Below, one piece after another: positions 22,891 to 32,000 of a DNA stretch of 32,000 nucleotides (positions within the stretch are counted from its first letter, which is position 1; every line of letters begins with the position of its first letter). The stretch is from positions 90,533-122,532 of the forward strand of contig NC_001264.1 in NCBI RefSeq assembly GCF_000008565.1, in the 5' to 3' direction. Source of the stretch: Deinococcus radiodurans R1 = ATCC 13939 = DSM 20539 (GTDB lineage Bacteria; Deinococcota; Deinococci; Deinococcales; Deinococcaceae). The notes under the pieces were generated by a model. That model was not told the origin of the DNA. It saw only the letters and a list, made by a program, of their open reading frames with translations, and made no database searches. A program made the translations under genes and the position numbers.

Positions 22891-25619
22891 ATGCACCCCC
22901 AGGAGTTCGCGGACACCTGGTCGCGCCGCGCCCTCAAGGCCACCGAGCGCGACTCTTACGTTCAACATTGGCTGGACCTCTGCCAGCTGCTGCACCACGA
23001 GGCACCAGGGGCAGATCCCGACTACAAGTTCGAGCGCAGGGTCACGAAGGTCGGCACAAAGGACAAAGGGTTTGCCGACGTCTTCAAGAAGGCCCACTTC
23101 ATCACAGAGTACAAGCGGCCCGGCAGCGACCTCGGCGCGGCGCTTCAGCAGGCCACCCTCTATTCCCGTGACCTGGGCAATCCGCCACTGCTTCTGACAT
23201 CCGATTTTCAGCGCATCGAGATCAACACGGCGTTCACGGGAACCAGTCCCAAGAGCTACCTGATCACCCTTGACGACATTGCAGAGAACCGGGTAGTCGG
23301 CGGCAACGACGTGCCAGCGCTCCAGATTCTTCATTCGGCTCTACATCAGCCGTACGATCTCGACCCGCGCCTCTTCCGGGAGAGGATCACGACGGACGCG
23401 ACCCGGCAGGTCGGTCTCGTGGCGCGGCGACTGGGCGAACGCGAGGGCCGGACCAGGGCTGCGCACATGATGATGCGGGTCGTCTTCGCGTTGTTCGCAG
23501 AGGACACTGGCATGCTCGAGCGCGGGATCGTGACGCGGCTGCTGGAACGCGCGCGGCTCCACCCGGAGAAGACCAGCTCTACTTCCAGGACCTGTTCGGA
23601 GCCATGAAGGGCGGCGGAGAGTTCTGGGGGACGGACATCCGACACTTCAACGGCGGCCTGTTCGACAGTGAAGACGCCCTGGCCCTGACCTCCGAGGACG
23701 CCGCGGCCCTGATCATCGCCGCCAAGCTCGACTGGTCGGAAGTGGAGCCAAGCATCTTCGGCACCCTGTTCGAGAACAGCCTCGACGTGGACACCCGCAG
23801 CCGACGCGGCGCGCACTACACCAGCGTGAACGACATCGAGCGGATCGTGGACCGCGTGGTGATGGAGCCACTGTGGGCCGAATGGGACGCCCTACGCCTG
23901 AGCTTGCCCGAGCTCAAGAAGAACGTGCGGCTCGAACGCCTCTTCGCCTTTCAGGACCGCCTGACCGCCGTGCGAATTCTCGACCCGGCCTGTGGCAGCG
24001 GGAATTTCCTGTTCGTGGCGCTGAAGAAACTGCTCGATCTGGAATATCAGGTTCGCATGGCGGCGGTGATGAATGACATCGGCGAATTCGAGATGCCGCC
24101 GCTCGTGCACCCGCAACAGATGCTGGGCATCGAGATCGAAACCTTCGCGCACGAATTAGCGAGCATCACCCTCTGGATGGGCTACTTTCAATGGAAGCGG
24201 GCGCACGGCGGGCACTGGGAAACGCCCATCCTGCAACGACTCGACAACATCCAGAACCGGGACGCCCTGCTGAACCCAGACGGCACCGAGGCCACCTGGC
24301 CCCGAGCCGACTTCATCGTCGGTAACCCGCCCTTCCTGGGGGACAAGATGATGCGCTCGCAACTCGGTGAGGCCTACACCACGCAGCTCAGGGAGACATT
24401 CAAGGACCGACTGCCCGGCCAGAGCGACCTGGTGTGCTACTGGCCGGAGAAGGCCCGCGCCCTGATCGAAGCAGGCGTGACCACCCGCGCCGGCTTCGTT
24501 ACGACGAACAGCATCCGGGGCGGCAAGAACCGAGTGGTTTTGGAGCGGATCAAGGCCACCGGCGACCTGTTTATGGCCTGGCCTGACGAGCCGTGGCAGC
24601 AGAATGGCGCGGCCGTGCGTGTCAGTCTGTTCGGGTTCGACAACGGCACGGAAACGCTGCGGACGCTGAATGACGGGCATGTCGGCGTCATCAACGCGGA
24701 CCTGAACGCTGGAACAGACGTCAAGCAGGCGCAGAAGCTGCCGGAGAACGCTGGAGTCAGCTTCATCGGGACCCAGAAGGGCGGCGCGTTCGACATTCCG
24801 GGCGACCTGGCGCGTTCATGGCTGAGCGTCCCGAATCCAGACAGGGTCAGTAATGCCGATGTTCTGAAGCCCTGGGTCAATGGCATGGATCTGACGCGCC
24901 GCCCCAGTGGCCGCTGGATTATCGACTTCGCGCAGATGGATGAGGGGGAAGCCAGGCAGTACCTGCAACCGATGGCCTATGTAGAGCAGAAGATCAGACC
25001 CGAGCGGGCAACGAACTCAGATCGTCCTTCACGGGAGAGGTGGTGGCTACACCAACGTTCGAGACCAGAACTTAGAGAAGCGACCATTGAATTAGACCGC
25101 TTCATCGGCATTCCCCGCGTTGCAAAGCACCTTCTTCCGGTCTGGCTGCCGGAAGGGACATTGCCCGACTCCCAAGTGGTCGTCATCGCCCGTGACGACG
25201 ATTTCATCTTTGGGGTGCTGGCCTCGACGATTCACCGCTCATGGGCGCGCATGCAGGGGACGTATATGGGCGTGGGCAACGACCTGCGCTACACCCCCTC
25301 CACGTGCTTCGAGACCTTCCCCGTCCCGGCGCCTACCGACGAACAACGTGCCGAAATCGAGAAGTGGGCCAAGTACATCGTGCAGCTGCGCGAACACCTG
25401 CTAAACCAAGATGCAAAGGGGACCCTGACTGGCATCTACAACCAGCTGGAGAAGCTGCGGAATTCACCCGACGCGGCTCACCCGGTCAGCGCGCTGGCAA
25501 CAGCCCACGACAAGCTTGATCAGGCGGTGGCCACTGCTTACGGCTGGGAGTGGCCCCTGAACGAAGATCAAGTGCTGGAACGGCTGCTGGCGCTCAACTT
25601 GGAACGGTGCCCGGCTTAG
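22891..25619 (+). pseudogene. MmeI-family type IIL restriction-modification enzyme (nuclease + gamma-class N6-adenine methyltransferase + TRD), frame broken near 23565-23575
   Basis: The N-terminus GFADVFKKAHFITEYKRPGSDLGAALQQATLY matches the D-x(n)-ExK nuclease motif of MmeI-like enzymes. Methyltransferase motif I is ILDPACGSGNFLF and motif IV is FIVGNPPFLG. The two ORFs (22891-23607, 23604-25619) join as ...RLHPE|DQLYFQDLFGAMKGGGEFWGTDIRHFNGGLF, giving ~909 aa in total, similar to the size I recall for MmeI. Confidence 0.85.
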
Positions 25620-25742
25620 AGCTTGAGATTCGTACTCGCCTTACGACGAGGCTTTCTTGTGCTTGCCACAGTGACAAGGGCCTCGCTTAAGAAAGCGGTT
25701 ATCCCCACTTGCAGGGCGTAGTTTGGAGCGCACACTTGGGCT

Positions 25743-26759
25743 ATGGCTCCTCTTATTTCTGTTCTCGACCTGACGCCGGTCAGTACCGGCCAGCAGCCGG
25801 GCGAAGCGCTGCGGCACACGCTGGAGTTGGCGGAAGTTGCCGATTCGTATCAATACACAAGGTTTTGGATTGCCGAGCATCACAACAGTGGCGCTTTCGT
25901 CAGCGCGGCCACCGAAATCTTGATCGCGCTCGCCGCTGCCCGGACAGGCCGGATCCGCGTCGGCTCGGGCGGCGTCATGCTGCCCAACCACTCGCCGCTG
26001 AAGGTGGCCGAGAACTTTATGAGTCTGGAAGCGCTGTTTCCGGGCCGTATTGACCTCGGCCTGGGCCGCGCGCCCGGCACCGATGGACGCACGGCACTGG
26101 CGCTGCGGCGCTCGCGGGAAGCGCTGGCCGCCGACGATTTTCCCACCCAGATCGCGCTGCTGCGGGCCTTTGCCGGGGAAACACCCTGGCCCGCCGGGTC
26201 GGTGTTTGACGGCGTGCTGGCCGAGCCGCGCGGTGTGAAGCTGCCGCCGCTGTGGATTCTGGGCTCAAGCCTCTACGGGGCGCAGCTCGCCGGGGAACTG
26301 GGGGTCGGGTACGCGTTCGCCTACCACTTCAGTCAAGAAGACCCCGCCGTGGCCGTGCAGACCTACCACCGGCATTTCCGCCCCGGCCCGCTCGCCGAGC
26401 CCTACGCCATCCTCGGCGTCAATGCGCTGGCAGCCCCCACCGAGGACGAAGCCCGTGACCTTTCGCTGACCTCGGCGGCGCTCTCGCTCGGCATCCTCAG
26501 TGGACAGCGCGGGGTGCTGCGCTCGCCCGAAGAGGCCCGGCAGTGGCTGCAAGAGATGGACACCGACCCCGCCAAACTGCTGAAAAAAGCCCGCATCGGC
26601 ACGCCGGAGCAGGTCTGGGCCAGCTTGCAGGAACTCGGCGAAAGCACCGGCGCCCAGGAAATGCTGGTCACGACCTACGCCCACGACCCGCTTAAGCGCC
26701 AGCAGTCGTACCGGTTGCTCGCTCAGGCGGCGGGCATGACGCCGCAGAAGGAAGCCTAA
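25743..26759 (+). CDS. LLM-class (luciferase-like) flavin-dependent oxidoreductase
   Basis: 338 aa. The N-terminus LDLTPV...AEVADSYQYTRFWIAEHHN...GSGGVMLPNHSPLKVAENF is characteristic of the luciferase-like monooxygenase family. Confidence 0.85.
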   Translation: MAPLISVLDLTPVSTGQQPGEALRHTLELAEVADSYQYTRFWIAEHHNSGAFVSAATEILIALAAARTGRIRVGSGGVMLPNHSPLKVAENFMSLEALFPGRIDLGLGRAPGTDGRTALALRRSREALAADDFPTQIALLRAFAGETPWPAGSVFDGVLAEPRGVKLPPLWILGSSLYGAQLAGELGVGYAFAYHFSQEDPAVAVQTYHRHFRPGPLAEPYAILGVNALAAPTEDEARDLSLTSAALSLGILSGQRGVLRSPEEARQWLQEMDTDPAKLLKKARIGTPEQVWASLQELGESTGAQEMLVTTYAHDPLKRQQSYRLLAQAAGMTPQKEA

Positions 26760-26839
26760 CCGCCACCACTGAAGTAGTCTGGGGACCAACCTTTCAATTG
26801 AGAGCCGTTTGATGAGAAGCGGCCTGGAGGAGAGTCCCC

Positions 26840-28132
26840 ATGTCCAACGTCTTTTACCGTTCCAGCAAGCCCTACCCCGTCGCCGTGCGTGGGGAGGGCG
26901 TTTTTCTTTATGACGACGCGGGCCGCCGTTATCTCGACGGCTCCTCGGGAGCGCTCGTCGCCAACATCGGGCATGGCCGCGCCGAGGTGGGGGAGCGCAT
27001 GGCGGCGCAAGCGGCGCGGCTCCCCTTCGTGCACGGGTCGCAGTTTTCCAGCGACGTGCTGGAGGAGTACGCCGGGCGACTGGCCCGCTTTGTTGGGCTG
27101 CCAACCTTCCGTTTCTGGGCAGTGTCGGGCGGTTCGGAGGCCACCGAGAGCGCGGTGAAACTGGCGCGGCAATACCACGTCGAGCGCGGCGAGCCGGGGC
27201 GCTTCAAGGTCATCACCCGCGTGCCGAGTTACCACGGCGCCTCGCTGGGCAGTCTCGCGGCGAGCGGGATGGGGGCGCGGCGCGAGCTGTATACCCCGCT
27301 GATGCGCCCGGAAGCCTGGCCCAAGCTGCCCAAGCCTGACCCGGCACGGAACGGGGCCGAGGACGCCGAGGGCCTGCGCGCCCTGCTCGAACGCGAAGGA
27401 CCGGAGACCGTCGCTGCGTTCATGGCCGAGCCGGTGGTGGGGGCCTCCGACGCGGCGCTCGCTCCTGCCCCCGGCTACTACGAGCGGGTGCGCGACATCT
27501 GCGACGAGGCGGGCATCATCTTCATCGCCGACGAGGTGATGAGCGGGATGGGCCGCTGCGGGTCGCCGCTGGCGCTCTCGCGCTGGAGCGGGGTCACGCC
27601 CGACATCGCCGTGCTCGGCAAGGGGCTCGCCGCCGGGTATGCGCCGCTGGCGGGCCTGCTCGCCGCGCCGCAGGTGTACGAGACGGTCATGGGCGGCTCG
27701 GGGGCCTTCATGCACGGCTTCACCTACGCCGGGCACCCGGTCAGCGTGGCGGCGGGCCTGAGCGTCCTCGACATCGTGGAACGCGAGGACCTGACGGGGG
27801 CGGCGAAGGAGCGCGGGGCGCAACTGCTCGCCGGGTTGCAGGCGTTGCAGGCGCGCTTTCCGCAGATGATGCAGGTGCGCGGCACCGGGCTGCTCCTCGG
27901 CGTGGTGCTCGGTGACCTCGCTACCGGGCAGGCGTTCGAGACGCCGGGCATCGCTTCACGTATCGGTGCGGCGGCCCTGAAGCGCGGCCTCATCACCTAC
28001 CCCGGCAGCGGCGCCGAGCCGAATGGCCGGGGTGACCACCTGCTGCTCGGGCCGCCGCTGAGCATCACGGCTGCCGAGGTGGACGAACTGCTGGCCCTGC
28101 TCGCCGGGGCGCTGGAGGACGTGCTGGGCTGA
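26840..28132 (+). CDS. class-III (omega) pyridoxal-phosphate aminotransferase
   Basis: RBS GGAGGAG precedes ATG 26840. Motifs: SGGSEATESAVKLAR, IADEVMSGMGRCG and the LGKGLAAGYAPL Lys region. Size is 430 aa. Confidence 0.9.
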   Translation: MSNVFYRSSKPYPVAVRGEGVFLYDDAGRRYLDGSSGALVANIGHGRAEVGERMAAQAARLPFVHGSQFSSDVLEEYAGRLARFVGLPTFRFWAVSGGSEATESAVKLARQYHVERGEPGRFKVITRVPSYHGASLGSLAASGMGARRELYTPLMRPEAWPKLPKPDPARNGAEDAEGLRALLEREGPETVAAFMAEPVVGASDAALAPAPGYYERVRDICDEAGIIFIADEVMSGMGRCGSPLALSRWSGVTPDIAVLGKGLAAGYAPLAGLLAAPQVYETVMGGSGAFMHGFTYAGHPVSVAAGLSVLDIVEREDLTGAAKERGAQLLAGLQALQARFPQMMQVRGTGLLLGVVLGDLATGQAFETPGIASRIGAAALKRGLITYPGSGAEPNGRGDHLLLGPPLSITAAEVDELLALLAGALEDVLG

Positions 28133-28148
28133 GGGGGCCCGCTGACGG

Positions 28149-28955
28149 CTAGCGCCCGAAGCGCAGCGTCACCCCGCCCAGCGGCCCGTAGTCGGCGTGA
28201 AACACGTCGCCGGGGTCAGCTTCCACCGGGCGGGTAAACGACCCGGCCAGGATGACCTGCCCCGCTTCCAGCCGTCGCCCGTGCGCGGCGTACTTGTTCG
28301 CCAGCCACGCCACGCCGTTCGCCGGGTGGTTCAGGACGCCCGCTGCCACGCCGGTTTCCTCGATGACGCCGTTTTTGTAGAGCAGCGCGCCCAGCCAGCG
28401 CAGGTCGAAATCGAAAGGCCGCACCGGGCGCCCGCCGGTCACGATGCCCGCGTTGGCGGCGTTGTCGGAAATGGTGTCGAAGACCTTGCGGGTGGCCTTC
28501 GTCTCCGGGTCGAGCTGCTGAATCCGGGCGTCGATGATTTCGATGGCCGGAAACACATAAGCCGTCGCGCCGAGCACGTCGAACACCGTGCAGTGCGGGC
28601 CGCTCAGGTCTTTGTCGAGCAGGAAGGCGAGTTCGACTTCCACGCGCGGCACGATGAAACGTCCGGCGGGAATCTCGCTCCCCTCGGCGAACACCATATC
28701 GTCGAGCAGCACGCCGTAATCGGGTTCATTGATGTTGCTCGATTTCTGCATGGCGCGCGAGGTGAGGCCGATCTTGTGGCCGTACACCCGCCGCCCCTGC
28801 GCCAGCTTATGGCTGACCCAGGCGTCCTGCACGCGGTAGGCGTCCTCGATGGTGATGTCGGGGTATTGCCGGGACAGGTGCCCGATTTGCCGGCGGTTCG
28901 TTTCCGCCTCCTGCAAGCGGTGGGCGGCGTCCCTGATCTGTTCGTCGGTCAGCAT
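28149..28955 (-). CDS. hpaH: 2-oxo-hepta-3-ene-1,7-dioate hydratase / 2-keto-4-pentenoate hydratase family
   Basis: Starting from internal Met 114 of the tracked ORF (ATG at 28955, RBS GAGGA), [18 protein letters not shown]...[12 protein letters not shown]...[11 protein letters not shown]...[13 protein letters not shown]...[26 protein letters not shown] closely resembles E. coli HpaH/HpcG as I recall it. The 113-aa upstream extension is Arg/Ser/Pro-rich junk. Confidence 0.85.
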   Translation of the reverse strand: MLTDEQIRDAAHRLQEAETNRRQIGHLSRQYPDITIEDAYRVQDAWVSHKLAQGRRVYGHKIGLTSRAMQKSSNINEPDYGVLLDDMVFAEGSEIPAGRFIVPRVEVELAFLLDKDLSGPHCTVFDVLGATAYVFPAIEIIDARIQQLDPETKATRKVFDTISDNAANAGIVTGGRPVRPFDFDLRWLGALLYKNGVIEETGVAAGVLNHPANGVAWLANKYAAHGRRLEAGQVILAGSFTRPVEADPGDVFHADYGPLGGVTLRFGR

Positions 28956-29097
28956 GGTTCCTCTGGATTTGGAATAGGGGGTCTCCGCTCGGCGCGGCGG
29001 CCAGAGCGGTGTGTTGGCTTGTCGGTTCGCTTTCCATCCTAGCGAGTCGCCTCCCGGTGGGGGAGAACGGCGCCTGCCCTCTGTATCGTGGGCAGTC

Positions 29098-29556
29098 GTG
29101 AAGCGTGTCCTGATTCTCTGCACCCACAATTCCGCCCGCTCGCAGATGGCCGAGGGCCTGAGCCGCGAGGCCGCCCGCCGCGCCGGGCTCGACCTCGACG
29201 TGCATTCCGCCGGCACCGAGGCCACCCGCGTCAAGGACGAGGCCCGCGCAGTGATGGCCGAACTCGGCATCGACCTCTCCGAGCACACGTCCAAAACGCT
29301 GCACGACGTGCCGGACCCGCAGAACTTCGATTACGTCATCACGGTGTGTGACAGCGCCAATGACGCCTGCCCGGTGTATCCCGGCCACACCGAGCGCCGC
29401 CACTATCCCTTCCGCGACCCCTCGGGCGGCAGCCTGGAGCGGTGGCGCGAGGTGCGCGACCAGATGCAGGCGCAGTTCGGCGCCTTCGTGGACGCGCTGA
29501 CGGCGGGGCGTGAGGCACCGGCCAGCTACGAGGCGAGCCCAGCGGTCAGCGCCTGA
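29098..29556 (+). CDS. arsC: arsenate reductase, LMW-PTP (thioredoxin-coupled) type
   Basis: GTG 29098. P-loop [17 protein letters not shown] (CX5R), plus [13 protein letters not shown] carrying the two downstream Cys of the pI258-type ArsC. Confidence 0.85.
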   Translation: MKRVLILCTHNSARSQMAEGLSREAARRAGLDLDVHSAGTEATRVKDEARAVMAELGIDLSEHTSKTLHDVPDPQNFDYVITVCDSANDACPVYPGHTERRHYPFRDPSGGSLERWREVRDQMQAQFGAFVDALTAGREAPASYEASPAVSA

Positions 29557-29614
29557 CCTCCTAGACTGTTCCAAACATGTGCGCCGTTCGCCCCCTTTTC
29601 CCCCAGGAGACCCC

Positions 29615-30343
29615 ATGAAAATCGCTGTTTTCGGAGACGTACACGGCAACCGCTTTGCGCTGGAAGCGGTGGTGGCCGACATCGAGCGCTGTGAGCCGGA
29701 CGCCTGGGTCAACCTGGGCGACCAGTTGTTTGGCGGAGCCGACCCCGCAGGCGCCTGGGCCTTGCAGCGGCGGCTGCGTGAGCACTCCGGTGCCTTTGAA
29801 GTGCGCGGCAACACCGACGAGCGCCTCGGCGAAGCGCTGACACCCGACACCGACAAACTCGGGATGCTGACTTGGTTGCACGCCACCCTGCCGCAGGGCG
29901 CCGGCAAGCACGTGAGTTCCCTGCCGACCAGCGCGACTCTGGCGGGCGGCGCGGTGCTCGCCGGGCACGGCACGCCCAGTGACCCCTGGGAATACCTGCT
30001 GCGCGACGGCGAAGAGTGGGCGAGCGACGAACTCGTCATGCAGCGGCTGGGGGACGTGGGAGAAGCCCGCGTGGTCATCGTCGGCCACTCGCACCTCGAG
30101 CATCTCCGGCAAATCGGGGCGCTCACGGTGGTCAACTGCGGCGCGGTCAGCCGGCAAAAAGACGGCTCGCCCCTCGCCCGCTGGGTGCTGCTGGAGGGCG
30201 AGGGGGACGCCTGGAACGTCACCTTCCGCCGGGTGCCCTACGACGTGGAAGCGGCGGCGCGCTGGGCCGAAGCCCACGCCCAGGGCGGCGCGCAGGAAGC
30301 CCGGCAACTGCGGACCGGGCGCGACCGCCGGAGCGGGAACTGA
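29615..30343 (+). CDS. metallophosphoesterase family protein (YfcE-like)
   Basis: RBS AGGAGA 29605-29610 precedes ATG 29615. Motifs: MKIAVFGDVHGN, NLGDQ, VRGNTD and VIVGHSH. Confidence 0.8.
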   Translation: MKIAVFGDVHGNRFALEAVVADIERCEPDAWVNLGDQLFGGADPAGAWALQRRLREHSGAFEVRGNTDERLGEALTPDTDKLGMLTWLHATLPQGAGKHVSSLPTSATLAGGAVLAGHGTPSDPWEYLLRDGEEWASDELVMQRLGDVGEARVVIVGHSHLEHLRQIGALTVVNCGAVSRQKDGSPLARWVLLEGEGDAWNVTFRRVPYDVEAAARWAEAHAQGGAQEARQLRTGRDRRSGN

Positions 30344-30348
30344 GGGCC

Positions 30349-32000
30349 GTGGCGAGGCTCAGCGAGCAGGCCGCCCGCCGCTGGGTGGGCCCCCGCGAGT
30401 GGCAAAAGGGCCAGCCGTACCTGCGCCGTCTGGACGACCTGAGCCAGCGTCAGGCGGCGCGGGGCACCGAATACCGCGCCGTAGCTCAGGGGCAGCGGCG
30501 CTACCGGGTATCGGCCACAGTGAGGGAAGGCCGGGTGCTCGACGCGAGCTGCACCTGCCCGGTGGGCAGCGGCGCGTGCAAGCATGTGGCGGCGCTGCTG
30601 GCCCAGGTGGCCCAGGACCCGGCGGCCTTCGACGCTGACCAGGACCTCGGCAGCGTGCTCGGCGCCCTCGACCGGCCCGCGCTGGAACGGCTGGTGCGCC
30701 GCCTGCTGGCGCGGGCTCCGGAACTCGAAGAACTGGTCTACGCCCAGGCCGGCCTGACGAGCGCCGACGACCTGACCTCGCGCATCGAGGCCGCGTTTGC
30801 CGATTTCGCCGAGGGCCTGACCCTGGACGAGTTGCTCGACCTGGAAGAAGAGCCTGCCAGCGAGGAGCTCGACCTGCTGCTCGACGAACTCGGGACCCTG
30901 CTTGAAGAGCTGGATGAAGGGGACGAGGAGCAGGCGGCAGCGCTGGCCCAGGGTTACCTCGCGCTGCTGGACGGGGTGCAGGCGTTCTATGAGCGCCTCG
31001 ACATCGACTTTGGCCTCGACGGGGTGGCGCAGGAGGCCCTGGCGGGGCTCTACAGCCTCTTTACCCACGCCGAGCTTGAGGGCGACGTGCGCGAAGAGGC
31101 GCTCGAAGCCATTCGGCTGGAAATGACGAGTGGCCGCGTGGCCTACGACGAGGACTTTCGCGGCTGGGTGCTGGTGCTGCGCCCCGATGAGCAGCGCGAG
31201 GTGCAGCAGTTGCTCGAATCCCTCTCGCGCGGCAGCGGTCCCCGGCAACACGCCGCGCTGCGCGGCCTGCTCGACCTGCGCGGCGGCCCCCGCAGTGACG
31301 CGGACGAGGAAGCGCTGCTGCGGGCCGGACACAGCCCGAGTCGGCTGGGCCTGTTTTTAGCGCAGCGCGGGCGGACCGGGGAAGCAGTACAGACCTTGCA
31401 GACCGTGCGGGGGCCTCTGCCCTTTGCCGAGCTGCGCGGGCCGTTCGAGCGGGCGGGGGCGCTGGCCGAATTGGAACAGCTTGCCCTCTCACGCACGAGC
31501 GTGGGCCGTGACGAGGCGCGGCTGTGGCTGCACAGGGTGTACCTCGGCAGCGGGCGGCGTGAGCAAGCCCACGCGCTGGCGTGGCAGGAAGTGGTGAGTA
31601 GCAACCGCGCCGAGTGGCTGGCCGCCCTTAAGCGGGGCAGCGTGGACTGGCCGGCTGACCGTGAAACGCTCATCACCCGCCTGCGTGGGCAGCGGGGTGC
31701 TCAGCAGCGTTTGCTCGACTTGTTGCTGGCCGAGGGGCTGGCAGATCAGGCGTTCGAGTTGGTCAGCGACGCGGGAGACACGCTGGCGCCGGTACTCGCT
31801 TTGCAGGTGGCGGCCCTTCCCGGCCTGAGCGACGAGCGCGCCGCCCTGCTCTCAGTGCAGGTCGCGCAGCGCCTCGCCGCCGGGCGCCACCGCCGCGCCT
31901 ATGCCGAAGCCGCCACTGCGCTGCAGCCCCTGCTGGGGCGGCTGGGCCAGCGTGAAACTCGTCAACTGGTCGCCGCCGCCTTCCCGGAAAGCTCCCGGCT
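30349..32000 (+). CDS. SWIM zinc-finger domain protein (3' end outside the window)
   Basis: GTG 30349 lies 5 nt after the upstream stop. The frame is open to the window end, which explains its absence from the closed-ORF track. The SWIM motif is ASCTCPVGSGACKHVAALL (CxCx(n)CxH), followed by an acidic region and Leu/Ala-rich helical repeats. Confidence 0.7.
   Translation, partial: MARLSEQAARRWVGPREWQKGQPYLRRLDDLSQRQAARGTEYRAVAQGQRRYRVSATVREGRVLDASCTCPVGSGACKHVAALLAQVAQDPAAFDADQDLGSVLGALDRPALERLVRRLLARAPELEELVYAQAGLTSADDLTSRIEAAFADFAEGLTLDELLDLEEEPASEELDLLLDELGTLLEELDEGDEEQAAALAQGYLALLDGVQAFYERLDIDFGLDGVAQEALAGLYSLFTHAELEGDVREEALEAIRLEMTSGRVAYDEDFRGWVLVLRPDEQREVQQLLESLSRGSGPRQHAALRGLLDLRGGPRSDADEEALLRAGHSPSRLGLFLAQRGRTGEAVQTLQTVRGPLPFAELRGPFERAGALAELEQLALSRTSVGRDEARLWLHRVYLGSGRREQAHALAWQEVVSSNRAEWLAALKRGSVDWPADRETLITRLRGQRGAQQRLLDLLLAEGLADQAFELVSDAGDTLAPVLALQVAALPGLSDERAALLSVQVAQRLAAGRHRRAYAEAATALQPLLGRLGQRETRQLVAAAFPESSR

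Noticed and set aside
22891-25619. The RM gene as part of a BREX or DISARM-type multi-gene defence island (PglX-like methyltransferase)
   Set aside because: No PglZ, BrxC, BrxL, helicase or phospholipase-D-type neighbours are present. The N-terminal D..ExK nuclease module and the ~909-aa size fit a stand-alone MmeI-type enzyme.
25620-25742. Possible att site, tRNA fragment or Deinococcus RDRM (DdrO) operator in the spacers flanking the RM gene
   Set aside because: No T-loop or acceptor-like sequence is present, and no 17-bp TTATG...CGTAA-type palindrome was seen. There is only a modest 8-bp inverted repeat. The evidence is insufficient to call a feature.
28956-29294. 113-aa N-terminal extension of the hydratase ORF, and similar 5' extensions of arsC (29011-29097) and the metallophosphoesterase (29510-29614)
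   Set aside because: The extensions are Arg/Ser/Pro-rich and overlap the divergent or upstream gene. Internal starts (28955, 29098, 29615) have an RBS or begin exactly at the conserved family N-terminus.
26756-31332. Long minus-strand ORFs over the housekeeping genes (26756-27823, 26265-27104, 28807-30222, 29561-30307, 30238-31332)
   Set aside because: They are antisense to the aminotransferase, ArsC, metallophosphoesterase and SWIM genes, all of which carry clear family motifs. Their translations are junk-like.

Overview
High-GC (about two-thirds G+C by eye), Deinococcus-like chromosomal segment. Positions 1 to ~22.8 kb are the late half of a siphovirus-type prophage, all on the + strand. 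In order: large terminase, portal, MuF/SPP1-gp7 head-morphogenesis protein, a low-GC secreted-protein moron, scaffold, major capsid, head-tail joining genes, major tail protein, a G/G-T chaperone pair with an in-phase GGGAAAA slippery site, a ~1966-aa tape measure built largely from 13 tandem modules, distal tail genes, a beta-helix tailspike, and a lysis cassette around a GH19 endolysin. An MmeI-family type IIL restriction-modification gene follows (22891-25619). Ordinary housekeeping genes come next: LLM flavin oxidoreductase, class-III aminotransferase, HpaH-type hydratase on the minus strand, ArsC, a metallophosphoesterase and a SWIM zinc-finger protein running off the window. The most unusual element is a ~104-nt tRNA-like RNA gene (6593-6696) between two head-tail genes. 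It has a -10 box, acceptor stem, D-arm, canonical TTCGAAT T-arm and its own terminator, but two interlocking helices (pseudoknot topology) replace the anticodon arm. Five or six single-base frame breaks interrupt otherwise full-length prophage and RM genes (portal, scaffold, major tail, tape measure, RM). The tape-measure break can be located to a single repeat unit from repeat phase alone. The many long minus-strand ORFs in the track are GC-driven antisense artefacts.
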